Source: Camelus dromedarius | Lineage: Eukaryota | Reading direction: 5' to 3' | Assembly (NCBI RefSeq): GCF_036321535.1 | Contig: NC_087437.1 | Location: 6,944,001-7,008,000, forward strand | DNA length: 64,000 bases | Shown here: positions 1 to 16,626 of the stretch, one piece after another | Position numbering within the stretch: the first letter of the stretch is position 1 | Layout of the letters: the number at the start of each line of letters is the position of its first letter | The notes under the pieces: generated by a model | What the model was told of the DNA's origin: nothing | The model's input: only the letters and a program-made list of their open reading frames with translations | The model's database searches: none | Position numbers and translations under genes: made by a program

Positions 1-704
1 AGCTATTGCTTAAGGGGAACTGACTTGGACAGCTTTTCAAAAATATGAAAGCTGAATTTTTTTTTCCCCCAGGTAAAAATGGAAACAAGAATCTTTTATA
101 CCTCACTCTACTAAGTACTATTTTAGCTTAGCACCGAAAAAAATCTTCTTTAATCCTGGTTTAGCTTTTAATATTATATCACACATTAAAATTCATAAAG
201 TAGTTCATTCCAGGCAAAACAAACTACTCTTCAGCTCTTCTCCGCAAATAACACAGGAGGTAAAATAAATGCAGTCGCTTTCCGAATAGCTTTTATCAAG
301 GTAGCGGGTTCTACTCCATCATTACGGCGGCGCCGGGGAAGTAGTTAAGGATTGGAGTTTTGGTATTTACCCTTCCACGTGGGGATAGGGTGAGCACTGG
401 GGTCTCTGTTTCATTTCAATGAAACTGTGCAGGAGGACGCACATTTTCCATGCAAAGGCTTTTTTGCTTCTTCACGGACTGTTGAATCCATCAACCCACA
501 CTACAAAATGGACCATACACACTCCACACGCCCCCGTGTGCTACCTACGTACATGCTGCACAGAACGGACTCCACTGGGGTCCTGCTTGGTGACTGTGCC
601 GTCCCCTGACGCGGGAGGAGTTTCCTGCACACACGTATTGCACACGTGTGTGAGAGCGTGCACACACATAAAGGTTGATGGAGTTTTAATAACAATTATT
701 AATG

Positions 705-880
705 ATAACAGAGACTAACATTGATCAGTTGTTTATCATGAGCAGGGTACTGTGTTAACATACATGAACTCTAACCTGCAAAACGTCTCCATTTTAAAAC
801 TAACAAAGAAGTTAAGGGATTTGTCCATGGGGCAAGGCTGAGAACTGAACTTAAGTCTGTCTACTGCCAATACTGATCTT
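705..880 (-). mobile_element. Degenerate MIR
   Basis: actaacattgatcagttgtttatcatgagcagggtactgtgtt...ctccatttt...aagttaagggatttgtcc...gaacttaagtctgtct follows the MIR layout. Confidence 0.5.
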
Positions 881-3800
881 AAAAACCACTGCAAATATAC
901 GGAGGTTATGATGTTTTATACAGGATTTCTTTACTTGAAAAAATTCTTATTTTTTAAGACATGCTTTTTGGCAGCCCTTTGCTAAGTCTAGCCCATTAAC
1001 ATCTAATTTTTAGTGGCGAATGGTCTTATTGTTAGGTTAAAGACTCCAATATGAATTTAGTTAAGTTATGCAAACTAGAAGTGTGTTCTTAGTAATGCTG
1101 TGTATGAAATGTGCTACTCTGAGGAATTCCTATTGGTGATAAAAAAGTAGTCCCTATTTTCAAATTTTTATATATTAACACTGTTTTGAGTATCAGGATG
1201 ATATCTTTTAATGCTTTTCTTCCTTTTGTAGAAACAATATTCATTTCTTTCCAAATCTGGACTTTCAAAATTCCTCTAGCTTTTAAAAGATGACTATTAA
1301 TGAGAAGCATTTTATAAGCACATAAGTAATCTTAACATAAAACTGGTCAAGGGATTCATAACAAATAAAACTTATCAAGTATGAAGTTTCTGCCCATAAC
1401 TAGAATCTATGTTTCATTATATTATTGAAGGATTTGTTGTAAAGGGACAGAAAAGTGCAGCTATCAGATTAAATTAATTACATGTTGCTTATATAAACTC
1501 CCTACATTTTCTAAAGTGTTGTAATAAAATATCACATCTTACATTAGGGGGAAAAACAAAGAATTACATGATGAGATGTAAAAAATATAAAGGCAAAAGT
1601 AATGATATAATTCACGTAAAAGTTATAACCCGATGATTACAGGCTGTCAAACAGTCCTTATGAAGACAGAAATTGCTAATTTAACTCCAAAAGTCAACAC
1701 GTATTAAAACACACAAATTAAAAACCATAACAAGTACACACCTACACAGAAACCAACTTAAAACTGATCTGGAATAGACTAATCCCAGAAAACAGTAATT
1801 AATTAATATTAATCAAATCAATCTCGTAAACTCATCTGGAAAATTTGCTAAGCACAGCCAGAAAAGAAACCTTTAAGACCAGGGACGTTTGGAGGGGTTG
1901 GGTCCATACTAGTGACGTTTGGAAGAAATGCCCAATCACTCAAAGTCTTCCAAAGTGGGTCATCTGCCACATACGTGATGCAGTCTATCAGGAGAGTGTT
2001 CTCTACACATTCCTCTTCCTAACCTAACAGTAAAACTGCTCATCCTCCATGACAAACAGAGAGTCCCCCAGTTTCACTTTCTCCTTTCTAAAATGTCTGT
2101 TTCGAGGAGGCAGCTTGAAGTGGGCAACAGACTTAATGGCAGGTTTAAAAACTGACTAAATCTTGGACTTGGTTGGCATGAGGACTCAATGAATTCATGT
2201 ACATGATGGTGCTTAGAAGTGTGAACCATCGTAAGGGCAAGGTATTCGTATTTCTTGAATTAAGAGCACATAAGTTGGGAAAATACGCTTTGGACAAACA
2301 GGTCTGGCCTGGAGCCCACTGCCCCAGCCAGGAGACAAAGCTCCCGGCATGGCTACCTCTACGGAGCTGTGAGGGACAGGTGCGGACAGGGAACAGCTCA
2401 CCGAGGCGTCCCGAGGCTCATCTAGGTTTTCCCTGGGGGGGTGGTATTACTAAGAATAAAACCTGGGGCCTGAAGGAAGCCCCTTCTTGAAGATGATTTA
2501 GAATCTGCGTTCCTTAATAGTTAGATCCTCTGTCTAGTATGACCCAGGGTCACCCCAAACATCTTCCATGTGACCTAAACTCTCCAGGGAAGAGAATCCA
2601 ATTTCTCAGATCTAGATGTGGCCTGGGGCCTCTGTGAGCCACCAAGGACCTCTGCCTTCAACAATTCAGTTTGGATCCAACCCAAGCCAAAGATCTGGCT
2701 CAAAATATGTTCTATCTAAATTAGGTGGGGGAGGGGGACGAAATGCACAGTGATGTCACAGAGACTCCTCTCTGGCTAAAGATAAAATTAAGAAAGACAA
2801 AACTTTGCAGTCTGTTTCTGTAACTGCAGTCTCACCCTTTTCCCCCTTTCACTCCAGTCATTAGTAAATTAGCGTGTTAAACCTTACCTGTGATACACTG
2901 GTTCCAGCCTAAGCATTTTACTTCGACTGCTGCAAAACGGTGCTGGCTCAGCTGCTCTCTAACTCATTTTTCCAAATCCCAAGTACTCGTCTTACATTGA
3001 TAATACGTCTCATACCTTAAAAATTTCCTAAAACTCTATTCACTGAGTCAGTGTCAAAGGGTAAAAGGTGAACAAACTCTGTGAGGGTGATGTTAAGTCA
3101 CGGAAGGGGATTCTCAATGAGGGCGCACAAGACACCCTGAAGATTTAAATGACGGCGGTGAAATAAAATTATTCACACCTATCAGATGATCATTTCAGAA
3201 TTTGGTTAGATGGCCAAGAATACTGTGTTAATGGAAATTTTTTTCCTTCGAAAGAGCTTCAGTAAGAAGCGACACTATCTATGGACTTAATACGTCCATC
3301 AATGATTAAATAACCACCCCAACCAAAGGTGTGGTCTCAACTCTGCTTGAGAACACACATACACAGCTGAAGGTGGCTCAACCAGTTAATCAGTAATTCA
3401 GGCTAAAATAAATTCTATTTTCTATCCCAACGTGTCAGCATATAGTCTTTAGACATACACATAAGAAAGCAACCCAAGAATATCTTAATAGTATACAAAA
3501 ATAAATATGAATTAAGAATTAATGTAACTTTGGCTAAAGAAAAAAAACCTGATGGGTAAAGACAGCAGAATCACATGCGGAAAACAAATAAAAACATTAA
3601 AGTCCTAGAAAAATTAGAAAACAAAAACTATATTAAGAAACTACTATACTAAGTCAAATATTTGGATAGACTTAAAAAAAAAAAGAGCTCAATGCTTAAA
3701 TTCATACTGGTCTTAACCAAGCCATTCTTTTGTTAGTATTGCAGACTAAGTGATAAGTAAAAGGATTCTGCCTAGAGGGCTTCCAGTGAGGACTGTAGCA

Positions 3801-4990
3801 GCAAAATGAACTAAGGATGCCGTGAACTCTAAACGCCACAACTAAGTGGTCTAAGCGTCAGATCAAGTCCAAAGCACCTTACCTTCTGTTTCATCACTCT
3901 CACAAAAGTCATATATGTAAGTAAAGAGCTCCTCCCTCTTTTTTGTAAGAACTATTTCATCCAAGGCTTGACAAATCAAATTCAATGAGCATGTGAATGT
4001 GGGCAGGTGGGTGTGTATGCATGGATACAGACGCCATTTTTTTCTGCTGGAGAAACGTGACTTTCTCACAGTTACAGCCATGACTGCCTGACAGTTTGCT
4101 CTGATAGACACCAAGACCAAATTGATTTTCACTGAATAAAATGGAGAAAGTGGACTTTTGTGATGTTTCTAAAAAATAATCATTTCAGGACAGTACACTA
4201 TGCAGTTTAAGACCCTCAACAAGTGGCTGTATGTTATGCCAATTCCTTATTTAAAATGAGTATCTGTGGCAGTTTCATTTTTAGTGTTGAATGAGCGTTT
4301 CCTCTCTTTCTATACTTGGAAATGGATGGTTATTTTTTTAACTACTGATGAAATTAACATTAGGATATAATTTCATTATGACATTATGTTACATAAATAC
4401 TTAAAATTTGTATTCCATATTCACTTTTCATCCAGTTTTTGCTGACCTTACTTTTAAGAGTTGCACATGCCACAAATTAAATGGTGCAAGAAATAAATCT
4501 GCTTATGGATTTCAAGGCTAAACCACTGTCAATCTTTTATCTGATAGCTGTACTGAAAATTAACTTCTTTTGAATTCTTTGAGGCTACCTTTTAAACTTG
4601 ATTAAAAAAAAAACAATACAGATGCGTACACACAAAATTACCTGGAAGGTGACTTTTGCCCTTTCTAAAAAGTGCAAAAATTTGGAAAATAGAAAATGTG
4701 CCCATTTCTGGGAATACAGATGGAATTCCTTATCAGCCCCATTTAAAGCTGCTTTCAAGGATTGTATTAAACTTAATTATGAAAGATTACAAACGAGATG
4801 GTATGTAATTGGGACCAGCTGCAGTTCTTATCGGAAAGGGTAAATACAAATGGAATTATTTATTTTTATTTATTTACTATTCAAATGGTGGATCTAAAAC
4901 TCGGAGGGATAAAACTGACTTCATTACATTTTTTTCCCTATTGAGTTGAAAATACTTCTTTACTTAACACTTTCTTTTCTTATGTAGGAG

Positions 4991-5119
4991 ATAGCCTATA
5001 ATGAAAAAGAATATGAAAAGGAATACATGTATGTATATAGCTGAATCACTATGCTGTACACCAGAAACTAACACAACATTGTAAGCCAACTATACTTCAA
5101 AAAAAAAAAAAAAAAAAAA
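4991..5119 (+). mobile_element. 5'-truncated L1 3' end (artiodactyl type) with poly(A)
   Basis: ...ctgaatcactatgctgtacaccagaaactaacacaacattgtaagccaactatacttc followed by a long A tail. Homologous to the copy at 10142-10379. Confidence 0.8.
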
Positions 5120-5314
5120 GAGACAAATATCTCATGTAAAGATGACTTTTCAACCCCAAAGAACCCCCAAAATAAGCAACACAAAGCAATTTTTCCCCCT
5201 CTATCTAAATCAGTAGTTTTTTTTATACCAGAATGAGTAATTTGCGACCCAAATGTCCTCAAGCAGTCTATGAGCTACTTTTTTTTTTTTTTTTTTTTTT
5301 TTGGTAAACCCCTA

Positions 5315-5905
<591 letters not shown>

Positions 5906-8900
5906 TCACGGAGAGAGGACTGAGGGAAGTTAGGAATAAATGAAATGCTCCTACTACAACAGCGCCGAACTGTATAGTCTGCAAGCTGCCCAGACAAAGC
6001 CAGTAGAATGCCAACAGCCCCATATGTAAAGATATCCAGCCATTTCTAGAGAAGCAGGATTTATAAAGGAAATACTAGAAAATGGATTGCAACATATTAG
6101 GAAAGAGAATATTACTAGGGCATCGTCTAAGATTTATGCGACGCTTTCACGGGCAATATTTTAAGTTATTCCTTGGTTTTCAAATGATTTTTCAGTCATT
6201 TGATTGATATGGTTTTCAAATGAGTTGAGGACAGGAGATTCTATTTACTGCTTAAGAAAACTATACTGACTACCCTAATGATTCTAAATACCATCTTCCT
6301 ATCCAGGATACCTCTGGGTGACAGGTTGAAATTTTGAACTTAAGAAGCCAGCCTTTCAATTTGAAATACACAACCCCTTTGCCACATTGCAAAAATCCAT
6401 CTTAGTATGCTAGGAAAAGAATGTCAAATTACATAATAATCAGATTTCTCGAGAAATACACATTTTTATTAGTGATAAAGAAATTCACAAACCGTGAGTA
6501 AACTCCTTTATGGTGTTCCTCCCCAAATAACAGAGTATTGTCAATGTCAACTACTTTAATTTTTGGAGAAATGCTTTAAAAAAAAAAAAAAGGGTGGTTT
6601 TCCACATTTTTGTTTAAGGGATTATATACGGGATTATATGAAATACAGGGATTAGAAACATTTTCTCTCCATTTGATTAGAGCTGAGCAGCCCTGACCTC
6701 TTCCAGCCGCACATGAAGCGATGCCTGGCATGCCAAGCCATGTCTGCTTCCCACATTTCAGCTCGTCACACAAGAGCTCAGAATAAAATGTCAAGATCTC
6801 CAAATAATCTGCAAATTTCACTTTCTCATAACCCTGCAGAAATGGTGACACGATACATTTGGGGAAAGGAGGTTAAGTGTTCTGACAAAATAATCGAGCC
6901 CCAGGTTATACCATTGCGGTTTTTCAATGGTTTTCTAGAAGTTGCCAACCTGGTTTCATCCCCAATTCCTCTGGGAGAGTGTATCCTACTGCCCCAATAG
7001 AACAGTTGGGTATAGACAATATAAAAGCACTATCCACTTTAAAAATGGTCTATGGGCTGCTATTAAAAAAGAACTTCCAATAGGCTCAGGGGGCTTAAGC
7101 GTACACTTTAGTCTATCACTTGTGTCTATGCAAATGAGACCCAAACCTTTGGTTTCACCCTAAGAAACGCTATTGAAGGATGAAGGGTACATGTCCTTCC
7201 ATTCATAACACTGACAAGTACCACTGCAACCATGTTTACACAAGAGCACAACATCCAGTCAATTTAACTAAAATTCAGTCAGACTAAAAGGCAGTCAATC
7301 ATCCAGCTATTTAATTCGCACAAGGCCAGCGAATCAGACTGTGTTTTCAAAGTATCACGTTGGAACCGAAAAACCCAGGTCTCCAAAACAATGTTGGAAA
7401 ACAGGTGGGAAAAAATAACCCTTGCTCTCCACTCTTCCCCACTAAATGGGGATAAAAAGTTTAAAAGGTATTAAAAGATGGACTTGGCAAAGCAATATAT
7501 CTTAATTATACAGAAAGATGTAGAAACATCCGGTACACCTAAATACAATGTTATAAATTCCTTGGGTAGAATGATCCGTCATCCCAGCAAGATGCCTGCC
7601 ACATAGGTGTTTGATAAATATTTACTAAATGGATTACATATATTCAGACCATAGAAGGAGAAAATTACAAATGGGTGACAAACCTAAGGATGAGATATAC
7701 TACCCCTGGGAAAAGTCTATTGGTAATTATTAATTTGCTCAAGGTGAGCCTTCAGTGAGAAGTTATGTGGCACTCTCTACGATGTTTGTTTATCCAGACT
7801 AAATTGTTCCATAATTGAAAAAAAAAATACTTCAAGTCAAAAGAGATCCTGTAAACACTTAGGATGTTATCATATTTGGGAAATTTGAAGTTAGGCATTC
7901 AGAAATCTCCAATAACAAAATATCATCTTTCTGTTAGGAATGTTTCCGAGACAGCAGGGAACTACAGTGAGAAAGCCAGCATGTGAAAAAATACACAATA
8001 ACATCAAGTCTTGCTAACATGAGTCATTCCTGTATGGCTTAAAGGAAAAGACAGCAGGCCACCTGGGGGGAGGATTTAGAAATTTCTCTCCCCATATTTT
8101 GATGTTGGCATGACTTCCCATTTGAGCATATAAAATGTTTTCAGGGCAAAACATTTTATTTCCACTTAATTATTCTAACTAAAGCAAGTGCAGTTTTTTT
8201 TTTTTCTGCCTGGAATATGTTGAAAGTCTGGAGTGATATTTCAAACCCTGGAACACTCAGGCAGCCGGTGTAGACAGTCTCAGGTGTTTTACAAACCTTT
8301 GGGGTTTTTCTTTTTCTTTCTTTCTTTTTTTTTTTTCTTGGCCCAGGCTTTCAATGAGGGGAGTGCCCCCTGGTGGAAATGCTTGAAAATATTATTAGAA
8401 AATGTCCTGATTAGAAAGTGTTAATTACTTACAAAAAAAAAAAAAAGTGATCACCTGAGAAAATTCTGGATGCAAAATGACTGCCATTAGAATCTGGATG
8501 CAGAAATGCATGTTTTGGTCCTATTCTGGTTGCTGTTACTTGAGTAGCCACATTTATGGATTCAAGATGCCCATGGCTCTTGTCTCGCATTTCCACATGG
8601 TTGAAAATACAGTTAGGACTTGCCAAGTTAGGTCAAGGTCATGTGTAGTAATCCCCCATGGTGCATAGTAAGAGGGATGTCTTACCAAAAACTCTTCTTC
8701 ATGATAAAAGATAATACATCAAGCTTGTCAAGTACCATACTTGGCTATGGCGGACACACTAGGACTAAAATGAATCACTACTGTGCACCACAGGGACATA
8801 ACACAGTTGCTGAATGAAATGGAGCAAAATCATTAGTCCTTCTTGTTTCTGCAAAGAACTTGAGAATTGGTCCGTTATGTAAAGTTACCAGCACCTCACG

Positions 8901-10141
8901 GACATTGATTTTTTGGGGAATGAGAAGCTGCTTTTTGTTGTGCGTCACATCTTCAAATCATTCAATATTTGCTCTGACCCCTTGAAAACATAAAATCAGT
9001 CTGCACGGTCGTTACACAGTGATTGTGAGCATTCTAATTTTTCCAGTTAAAGAGTGAACTTGCAGGTGAATTCCTAAACTTTTTTTTTTCTTTTTACATT
9101 CCAGAAAGAGTTTACAAGTAAAATTCATTAGTAATTGTAATAGAAAGAAAAAACCTTCAGTAAGTATTATCAGCACTTCCAAAAGCTAATTATGAATTCT
9201 TTAAAACGGCAGATAAGTGAAAGAGACTGCCAATCTGAACAAAAAAGCCAGTTTGGCCTCTAGTTTGTCTCCTCTTTGAACATCATCACTGATTCAAATA
9301 GATTTTATCAGCTTCGTGGCACTTCAAAGCCCTCCACAGGAAAATACGATTTGATAAAACCTCCCCCTAAAAATAAAACATGGAGAATATTAATATTCTT
9401 CAAGACTACCTGCCTCTGTTGTTGGGTGAATTTCTAATCACATGTCCAGGTGGAAGGCTACTTTCAAACTCCACCCACTACCTTGGACTCAGGCCAAATA
9501 AGTTATAAGCAGACACATTTATCTCTGTCGTTTGCGAGGCCAAACGAGAGCTGTCACGTCGGGGTAATAGCACCTTTTTACCTTTTATTCAATAGTGATA
9601 TGGATAGTAGACTTTTCTTAAATTACACTGTGAAGAATTATAGGGACACAGGAGCGATTTCTGTTATACTTAAGCAGGCAAATTTCTCTCCACCACATAA
9701 TTTACAGAACTCAAATTCAATAAAACATTACATGATGGTCCATTACTGTTATCAGTTTTGAATAATCCATCTTCATTCTTTATTTTACTGGAAAATGAAG
9801 TGTGCCAAAGACCAGGAGGGGGGGAGGAAAAAAAGGGAAAAAGGCAGAGAATGGGATCAGAGTTAAACTCTGGGTTTTATTAAAAAAAAAAAAAAAGCAC
9901 TAAAGAATATAGTTTCTTCTATCACAACCTTTAAATAGCAATAATACAGAGAAGTGAACTGAAAAGTATAAATCTAGAGGCTTCGGCAATTAATGTGAGC
10001 CATAGGTTTCCATTAAAAAGACATCAAGTAGGCATAACTGAATGAATGACATATGCTAAAAGCTGGTACCTTCAGTAGCAATTAAAGAACATATACCCAT
10101 CAATTTAGAAAGGGAAAGAGTCCTTAAAACAAGTAATTCTA

Positions 10142-10379
10142 CTAGGAGTTCAGGATTAACAGACAGACACTATTGTATATAAAACAGATAAACAACAAGG
10201 ACCTACTGTATAGCATGGGGAACTATATTCAATTTCTTGTAATGGCCTATAATGGAAAAGAATTTGAAAACATATGTATATATACGTATGTATATGTATA
10301 GCTGAATTGCTTTGCTGTACAGCTGAAACTAACATTGTAAATCAACTACACTTCATTAAAAAGAAAATTTTAAAAAACC
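10142..10379 (+). mobile_element. 5'-truncated L1 3' end with TSD
   Basis: Contains the typical L1 3' UTR segment (ataaacaacaaggacctactgtatagcatggggaactatattcaat...gctgtacagctgaaactaacattgtaaatcaactac). TSD caagtaattcta (10130-10141) / caagtaattata (10380-10391), preceded by TTAAAA, the L1 endonuclease site. Confidence 0.85.
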
Positions 10380-12595
10380 CAAGTAATTATATAAATTTCA
10401 TCACAAATTTTCAGAAAAGGTAGACTTTTTTATTTTTTTAATAGTGATAAGTGAACGTCTTAAGAGAGGGGTTTGTTTTAATTTAGGAGACCCAATTAGG
10501 ATGATGAGAAAATTCTCTAATTAAGAGTTAAAACATGAAACCCAGGATTTTAATGTCAATGGCTAAATGGCTAAAATATTCTCAACTCACACCAGCATTA
10601 TCTGTTATATGAATGTTTTGATACTCTGTTTATAGGGTCCCAACGTCTTTATCCGATCATATCACAGAATTCTGCATTTGTATGTACATATTTTACATTT
10701 TTTTTTAAACTTGGAGCTGGAATTGCACATTGTAGTAAGTGCACACAAATGTGTGATGTGCAGTATAACTCCGCAGAGCTCCCGCTCTATACATATGCAT
10801 TAGCATGCGTATTTTCGTCCTCCACACTCACACCATACACTCTCGCGCTGCACCTGCTTTTATTGAAATGCATACACTTTGAAATAAACACACTACATGC
10901 ATTCATATGAATGTGTAATCATTAAGATAAATGCAGCTGTGCGTGTGCGCGTGCGCGGTGTTTAAGTGTGACCACCGGAAAGACACGCATGGCTTGCATG
11001 TCCCAAAGCAAATTCCCCAAAAGTGAACACTTAAATATACATAGAAATTGACTCTCATTGAAATCAAACAGCCTCAGATACGGTCCAATAACCGCTTTAA
11101 CTGAGGAGTACCGATTACCAATAGGAAGGTGTAAAATCAGACCCCTCTGCCACCCGGGGATCCCAGTAATTTTTCGGTAACGACTCTTTCTAATAAAGAG
11201 ACCAGTAACAAGCAGGACTTCATTCTCCTCTCACCCTCAAAAAGAACATGAAGTCACCATTTTCGATGTTAACCACAGAGATGACTATCTTTTTGGAGAG
11301 ATTAATATGGTACAAAAAGACAGAGAGCTCTGGCTTTTTTTCCAGTAACAAATCCTATTGGTATCTGTGGACTCCGTCCATGTGCTAACCCAAGGAGAAC
11401 AAATGGTCACTTTCCTGGGGAAAGTCTGGACCTTACAGCCCCAGAGAAGACAGAATGCACTGATGGGGGCTGACCTCACCCTTTTCTCCTTCAGCTGGAC
11501 CCTCTTCACCATATAAAACATGCCCTCCTTGGTGCTTTAACAAAGAACAATTTGCTCAATTTCCAAAGTGCTTATCGGTAAGTCATTTGTGTCCAAGTCA
11601 ATGCTGTCTTCGTGGGCTTTCAATCCAACTCAACAAGCATCTCATTGAACTTTTATGCAGAGGCCTGTCTGTTTTTTTGCACTACTGGTCGTTACTGCTA
11701 TTTACGAAAATAAAGAATGCCCCAGAAACAGAAGCCTCTAGAAGGTTGACTTGATACATTCATTGGTTCGTTTTTTAAAAATAATGACCCACCCCCAACC
11801 GAATGGAGCTGTCATATTAAATTTACCAGCAAATTAATAAAGACATTTTTAGCTTGTAAAAATATACAACTAGGTAAAACCATACAATTTTAACATGAGA
11901 CCTAACACTGCAACCGCCCTGTTAAAATCAGACAAATGATGCACAAAAAAACAGTGAAAGAAACGGAACACAAACACTGAGTTAAAGGCTTTGTAAGGCC
12001 TCCTAACTTTCAATCCAGTAAGGCAAGCCAAAAATAAGTCACAGCTGGGACTCTCCTAGGTCTGGAAACTCTGCCAGCAAGGAATTAATACTAGATATTT
12101 TTGTACCGGGATTTTATTCTTATAATCACGTAATAAACAAAATAACTTAAATATGAAGGGAAAGTATGAGTCAGGCCAAAAAAAAAAAATTGACAAAAGA
12201 AAGAAGAGCGGCAAAACAAGAAAGTTAAAAGGACATCATGTCCTCATTCTAATCAAAGTTACATGTTCTGCTGGTTTTTTTTTTTTTTTTTTTGGTGTGC
12301 GTGTGTGCCTAGGCCCCAGATAAACACCATATATATCATACCAGTTTCCAAAAAAGGTTTAAAAAAATCCTCTCATTCACAGTTTAATAGAATGAATTCA
12401 TTTCGGGCTTTTCAACTATCTTTATCAGAGGCCTTCCCATGGGTATCACCCTTTCTCCACATTCTGCTAAACAGCACCCATGCTGATCATATCTTCACAG
12501 GAATTTGCCCTGGAGGACAAAGGTGGGAACACAGGGGATTTATGCAGATCTCAGTGACATGTCTCCAGCTAAGGCCTCCAAGGTTAAACCTACCC

Positions 12596-12728
12596 CAGGG
12601 CCTGTGGTAAATAGTTGGACTAAAACACCAAATTCACCTCCATTCATTTCTGTCTCTGGCTGCTATGGTCCGCAAAGCCTAAAATATTTACTGTCTGGCC
12701 TGCTACAGAAGAGGTCTTCGGATCCCTG
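12596..12728 (-). mobile_element. MER58-like hAT-Charlie remnant
   Basis: ggtccgcaaagcctaaaatatttactgtctggcctgctacagaa...ccctg is the reverse complement of the recalled MER58 5' end. Confidence 0.7.
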
Positions 12729-13034
12729 GTCTCAGAAAGACAGAGAGCAGGCTAGAGCCTGGGGTCCTACCAATGGCCTCGATGAAGTCATGCAACTGTT
12801 CAGTCCGCTACTACCAACAGTCCATGATTCCATTATGTAAAAGTGTCAGTTTAGAGTATTTTCGATATTTATTCTTTCAAGGTTCCTGAATCAGAAGCCG
12901 TCTATCCACAGCTCTCTCTTGGGAGAGGAGCCCCCGTTTCTGATAGGGAAAGGAGTGATCAAATTTAGGCACCTCTCCCAGGAAAAGACAACACAATCAC
13001 AGGGAGAGAAGGAGAAAATGTGAGTAGAGAATCA

Positions 13035-13598
<564 letters not shown>

Positions 13599-14189
13599 TC
13601 ATGTTAAGCCAATGGTGACCCGCTTTGATAAAGATCTCCCATCATTCCCTGCAAGGAGACAGCCGGCACACGGGGCACACCACAGATCCAACTAAACCCA
13701 GAACATTCCAGGCTGGAACCCCACTGTCTGTCTTTTGACTTCCCTCTTCTGCACCTTTCCACCAACTTTCAAAAAGTGGGATGACACTTTTTGGTCTCAT
13801 TTTAGAAGGCAGTTTAGGTTGAAGGCATGAAATCAATTATTTTCAAATTCTATGTGACTAGTTTTGGGGTCAAACTATTATTCACTCTTACTTATCACCC
13901 CAAAGAGGCTTATAAAGCAATGTTTATTTTAAAGTAACTTCTAGAAGAACACTATTTGCTTAATGGTAATTAGGAGTGGGTGGGGCTAAGAAAAGTCCAT
14001 AGGCAAACTTAAGAAAAAAGAAATACACCCGTATTTTCTCCTAATACATATTAACTTTCACTATTCTAGGCAAAAGGTTTGAAAGAAAAAAAGAGGACAT
14101 AAATGTTATTTATGTTAAATTTTAACCTAGCCATGAATATATAAAAAGCAATCAATATAATAAATAATAAAAGTGGGTCATGATGATAA

Positions 14190-14330
14190 GTAATGATAAC
14201 AAAGTGCATATTGAACACTGTGTTGAGTATCTTATATATCCTGTGTCACGTAATTCTAACCATCCTGTTAGACGGCAGGGATGTCCGCAAATATTTCTTA
14301 GAATGAAGCAAATGATTTATTGTACTGCAA
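14190..14330 (-). mobile_element. Degenerate MIR
   Basis: cactgtgttgagtatcttatatat...taattctaaccatcctg...tagaatgaagcaaatga. Confidence 0.4.
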
Positions 14331-15855
14331 GCCGGTGTACCCAGTATTGCCAAGACCCAAATGTTTCTTGAAGAAGTTATGGCTATCACCAGATGCCAAA
14401 GACAATCTCTCAAGGAAGGGGTGGGGAGTCAGTTCTGGCACAATGGTGATACTGTCACGATTTTGCAATTTACAACCAGCCACCCAGGCTGGATATGTCT
14501 CCCCGGGCTATATCTTGCAAGTGGATGGACTGAGAGTGAGCAGTCAGTATGCCAAACACTTTGCTGTTACAAGGAGGAGGCTGGTTTGATGCTCTCGACT
14601 GGAAAGATTGAGGATGGGAAACAGGTGAGTCTTTCCAAATAGTACACCGTGCTTTCCATGTATGGACTCCGGGTAAATTTCAATCATCATTTCTCTTTTC
14701 ATTATATATTCAGGCTTTTATATTTAGAGGAACTGATTGCTATAGTCACTGAGATGTGCAAAATATAACTAAGAATTGGGGAAGAAACCTTCCCTTTCTA
14801 CCAGTGATACCAGCCCAAGTGGGCCATTCAGAGGGAATAGTAATTCAAGCAATTATTCCAAAAATGATGCATTGTCTTCATTACAGCTCTAAGCTATAAA
14901 AGGCAGAGAATCTGTTTTGGTAGATGGATGGTTTTGCTTCAAATATTAAAAGCTAAAACATGCTCAAAATTCAGGTTCTCTTGCCTCTTAAAATCTTAAG
15001 GAAAAGTTAATATTGTTGCTTTATTAAAGGAATGTCATGGCAGGAAACAGAAACAGATTTAAAACAGGACATAATGCTATGCATATTAAATGTCCCACTC
15101 CTATATTATTTTAAAGATATTTTATTTGGAAGGTACCAGTATGTGAAAGAAAACCTTAATAGAAAATTAAAACATTAACCTTAATCACAGTGTTTGCTTT
15201 TATGAACACTAACGAACTCAACAGGGAGAAAATGTCATAATCTAAATGCTCAGGTACAACACACAACTTTTATCTGTCATTGCACACTGCAGATAATTTT
15301 AATGTATTTCCTGCGTAACAAATATTGACCTAAAGTTACATTTTGAGATAGGACGCCATGTTGGCATGCAAAGTTTAGAAATGACGCAATGGTTCTCTGG
15401 GTAAGGATGGTGACAGGATGCTCAGACCTCCCCCCACCAAAAAAAAAAGGGAAAAAAAGGATGTTCACCCTTGTACCTACCAAGGGGGCAGCTCTAACAG
15501 TCCCTTGAGCCCAACTCTGGGGACTATAAACACTATTTAATTTCCTTAAAACTTGGGTGGAAAACTAGGCACCCTCCCCGTCTCTTAAACAAAAATCCCA
15601 AAACATAAAAGCATGATTTCTCTCTGAGAGGAACCACAGCCAATATTCATTATTCAAGGCCAGGTTAGGTCTTCACTGAGATGTTAAAAAATGACAGCTC
15701 CTCTCCCCTCGCCTGGATCTCCGGCAAGTCTGACAACCAAGTCAGTTGGGCTGATTTAAACACAAACATTTATGGAATTTCATTATCTCATTAGACTCAG
15801 ACCCACTCCCCACCAGCAAAGAAAGATTTTAAATGGATCTCTAATTGGGCAATCA

Positions 15856-16188
<333 letters not shown>

Positions 16189-16459
16189 TCACACTTTAGC
16201 CTAAAGCCTCGACTTCTTAAAATTCATAAAGTGGACCATCCAGTGCTTATTTCAGTAGAAAGCAACAGCCCACGGAGACTGGTATAAAGCTATCACACCC
16301 ACAGACTCTGCCCTTGAATTTAAGGGACCTCCATCAATGTTGGCTACTCCTGGGCTGACGAACTTTCACCGATCCCGATAAATCCGAATACTTGAAGGTG
16401 ACTTTCTGAACGCAATTCAGAAATAAATGACACTTTGTGGTTTAGAGTCTGGGCTCTCC

Positions 16460-16626
16460 ATCCTTGCAACTCCCAGTATGGCCCAGGGACCAGCACTTTT
16501 GGCATCACCTGGGAGCTTATCAGAGATGCAGAGCAGTGGACCCTCCCGCGGACAGTCACTCAGTACCTGCATTTTTTCAGGTCCCCCTGGGGATCTGCGT
16601 GCACATTAGAGTTTGGGAACCACCAC
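16460..16626 (+). mobile_element. MER5A-like hAT-Charlie DNA transposon remnant
   Basis: ggaccagcacttttggcatcacctgggagcttatcagagatgcag...tgcacattagagtttgggaaccac matches the recalled MER5A consensus. Confidence 0.75.

Noticed and set aside
1..5300. Search for SATB1 exon 9 (start of CUT2)
   Set aside because: No matching sequence seen; it presumably lies beyond the left edge.
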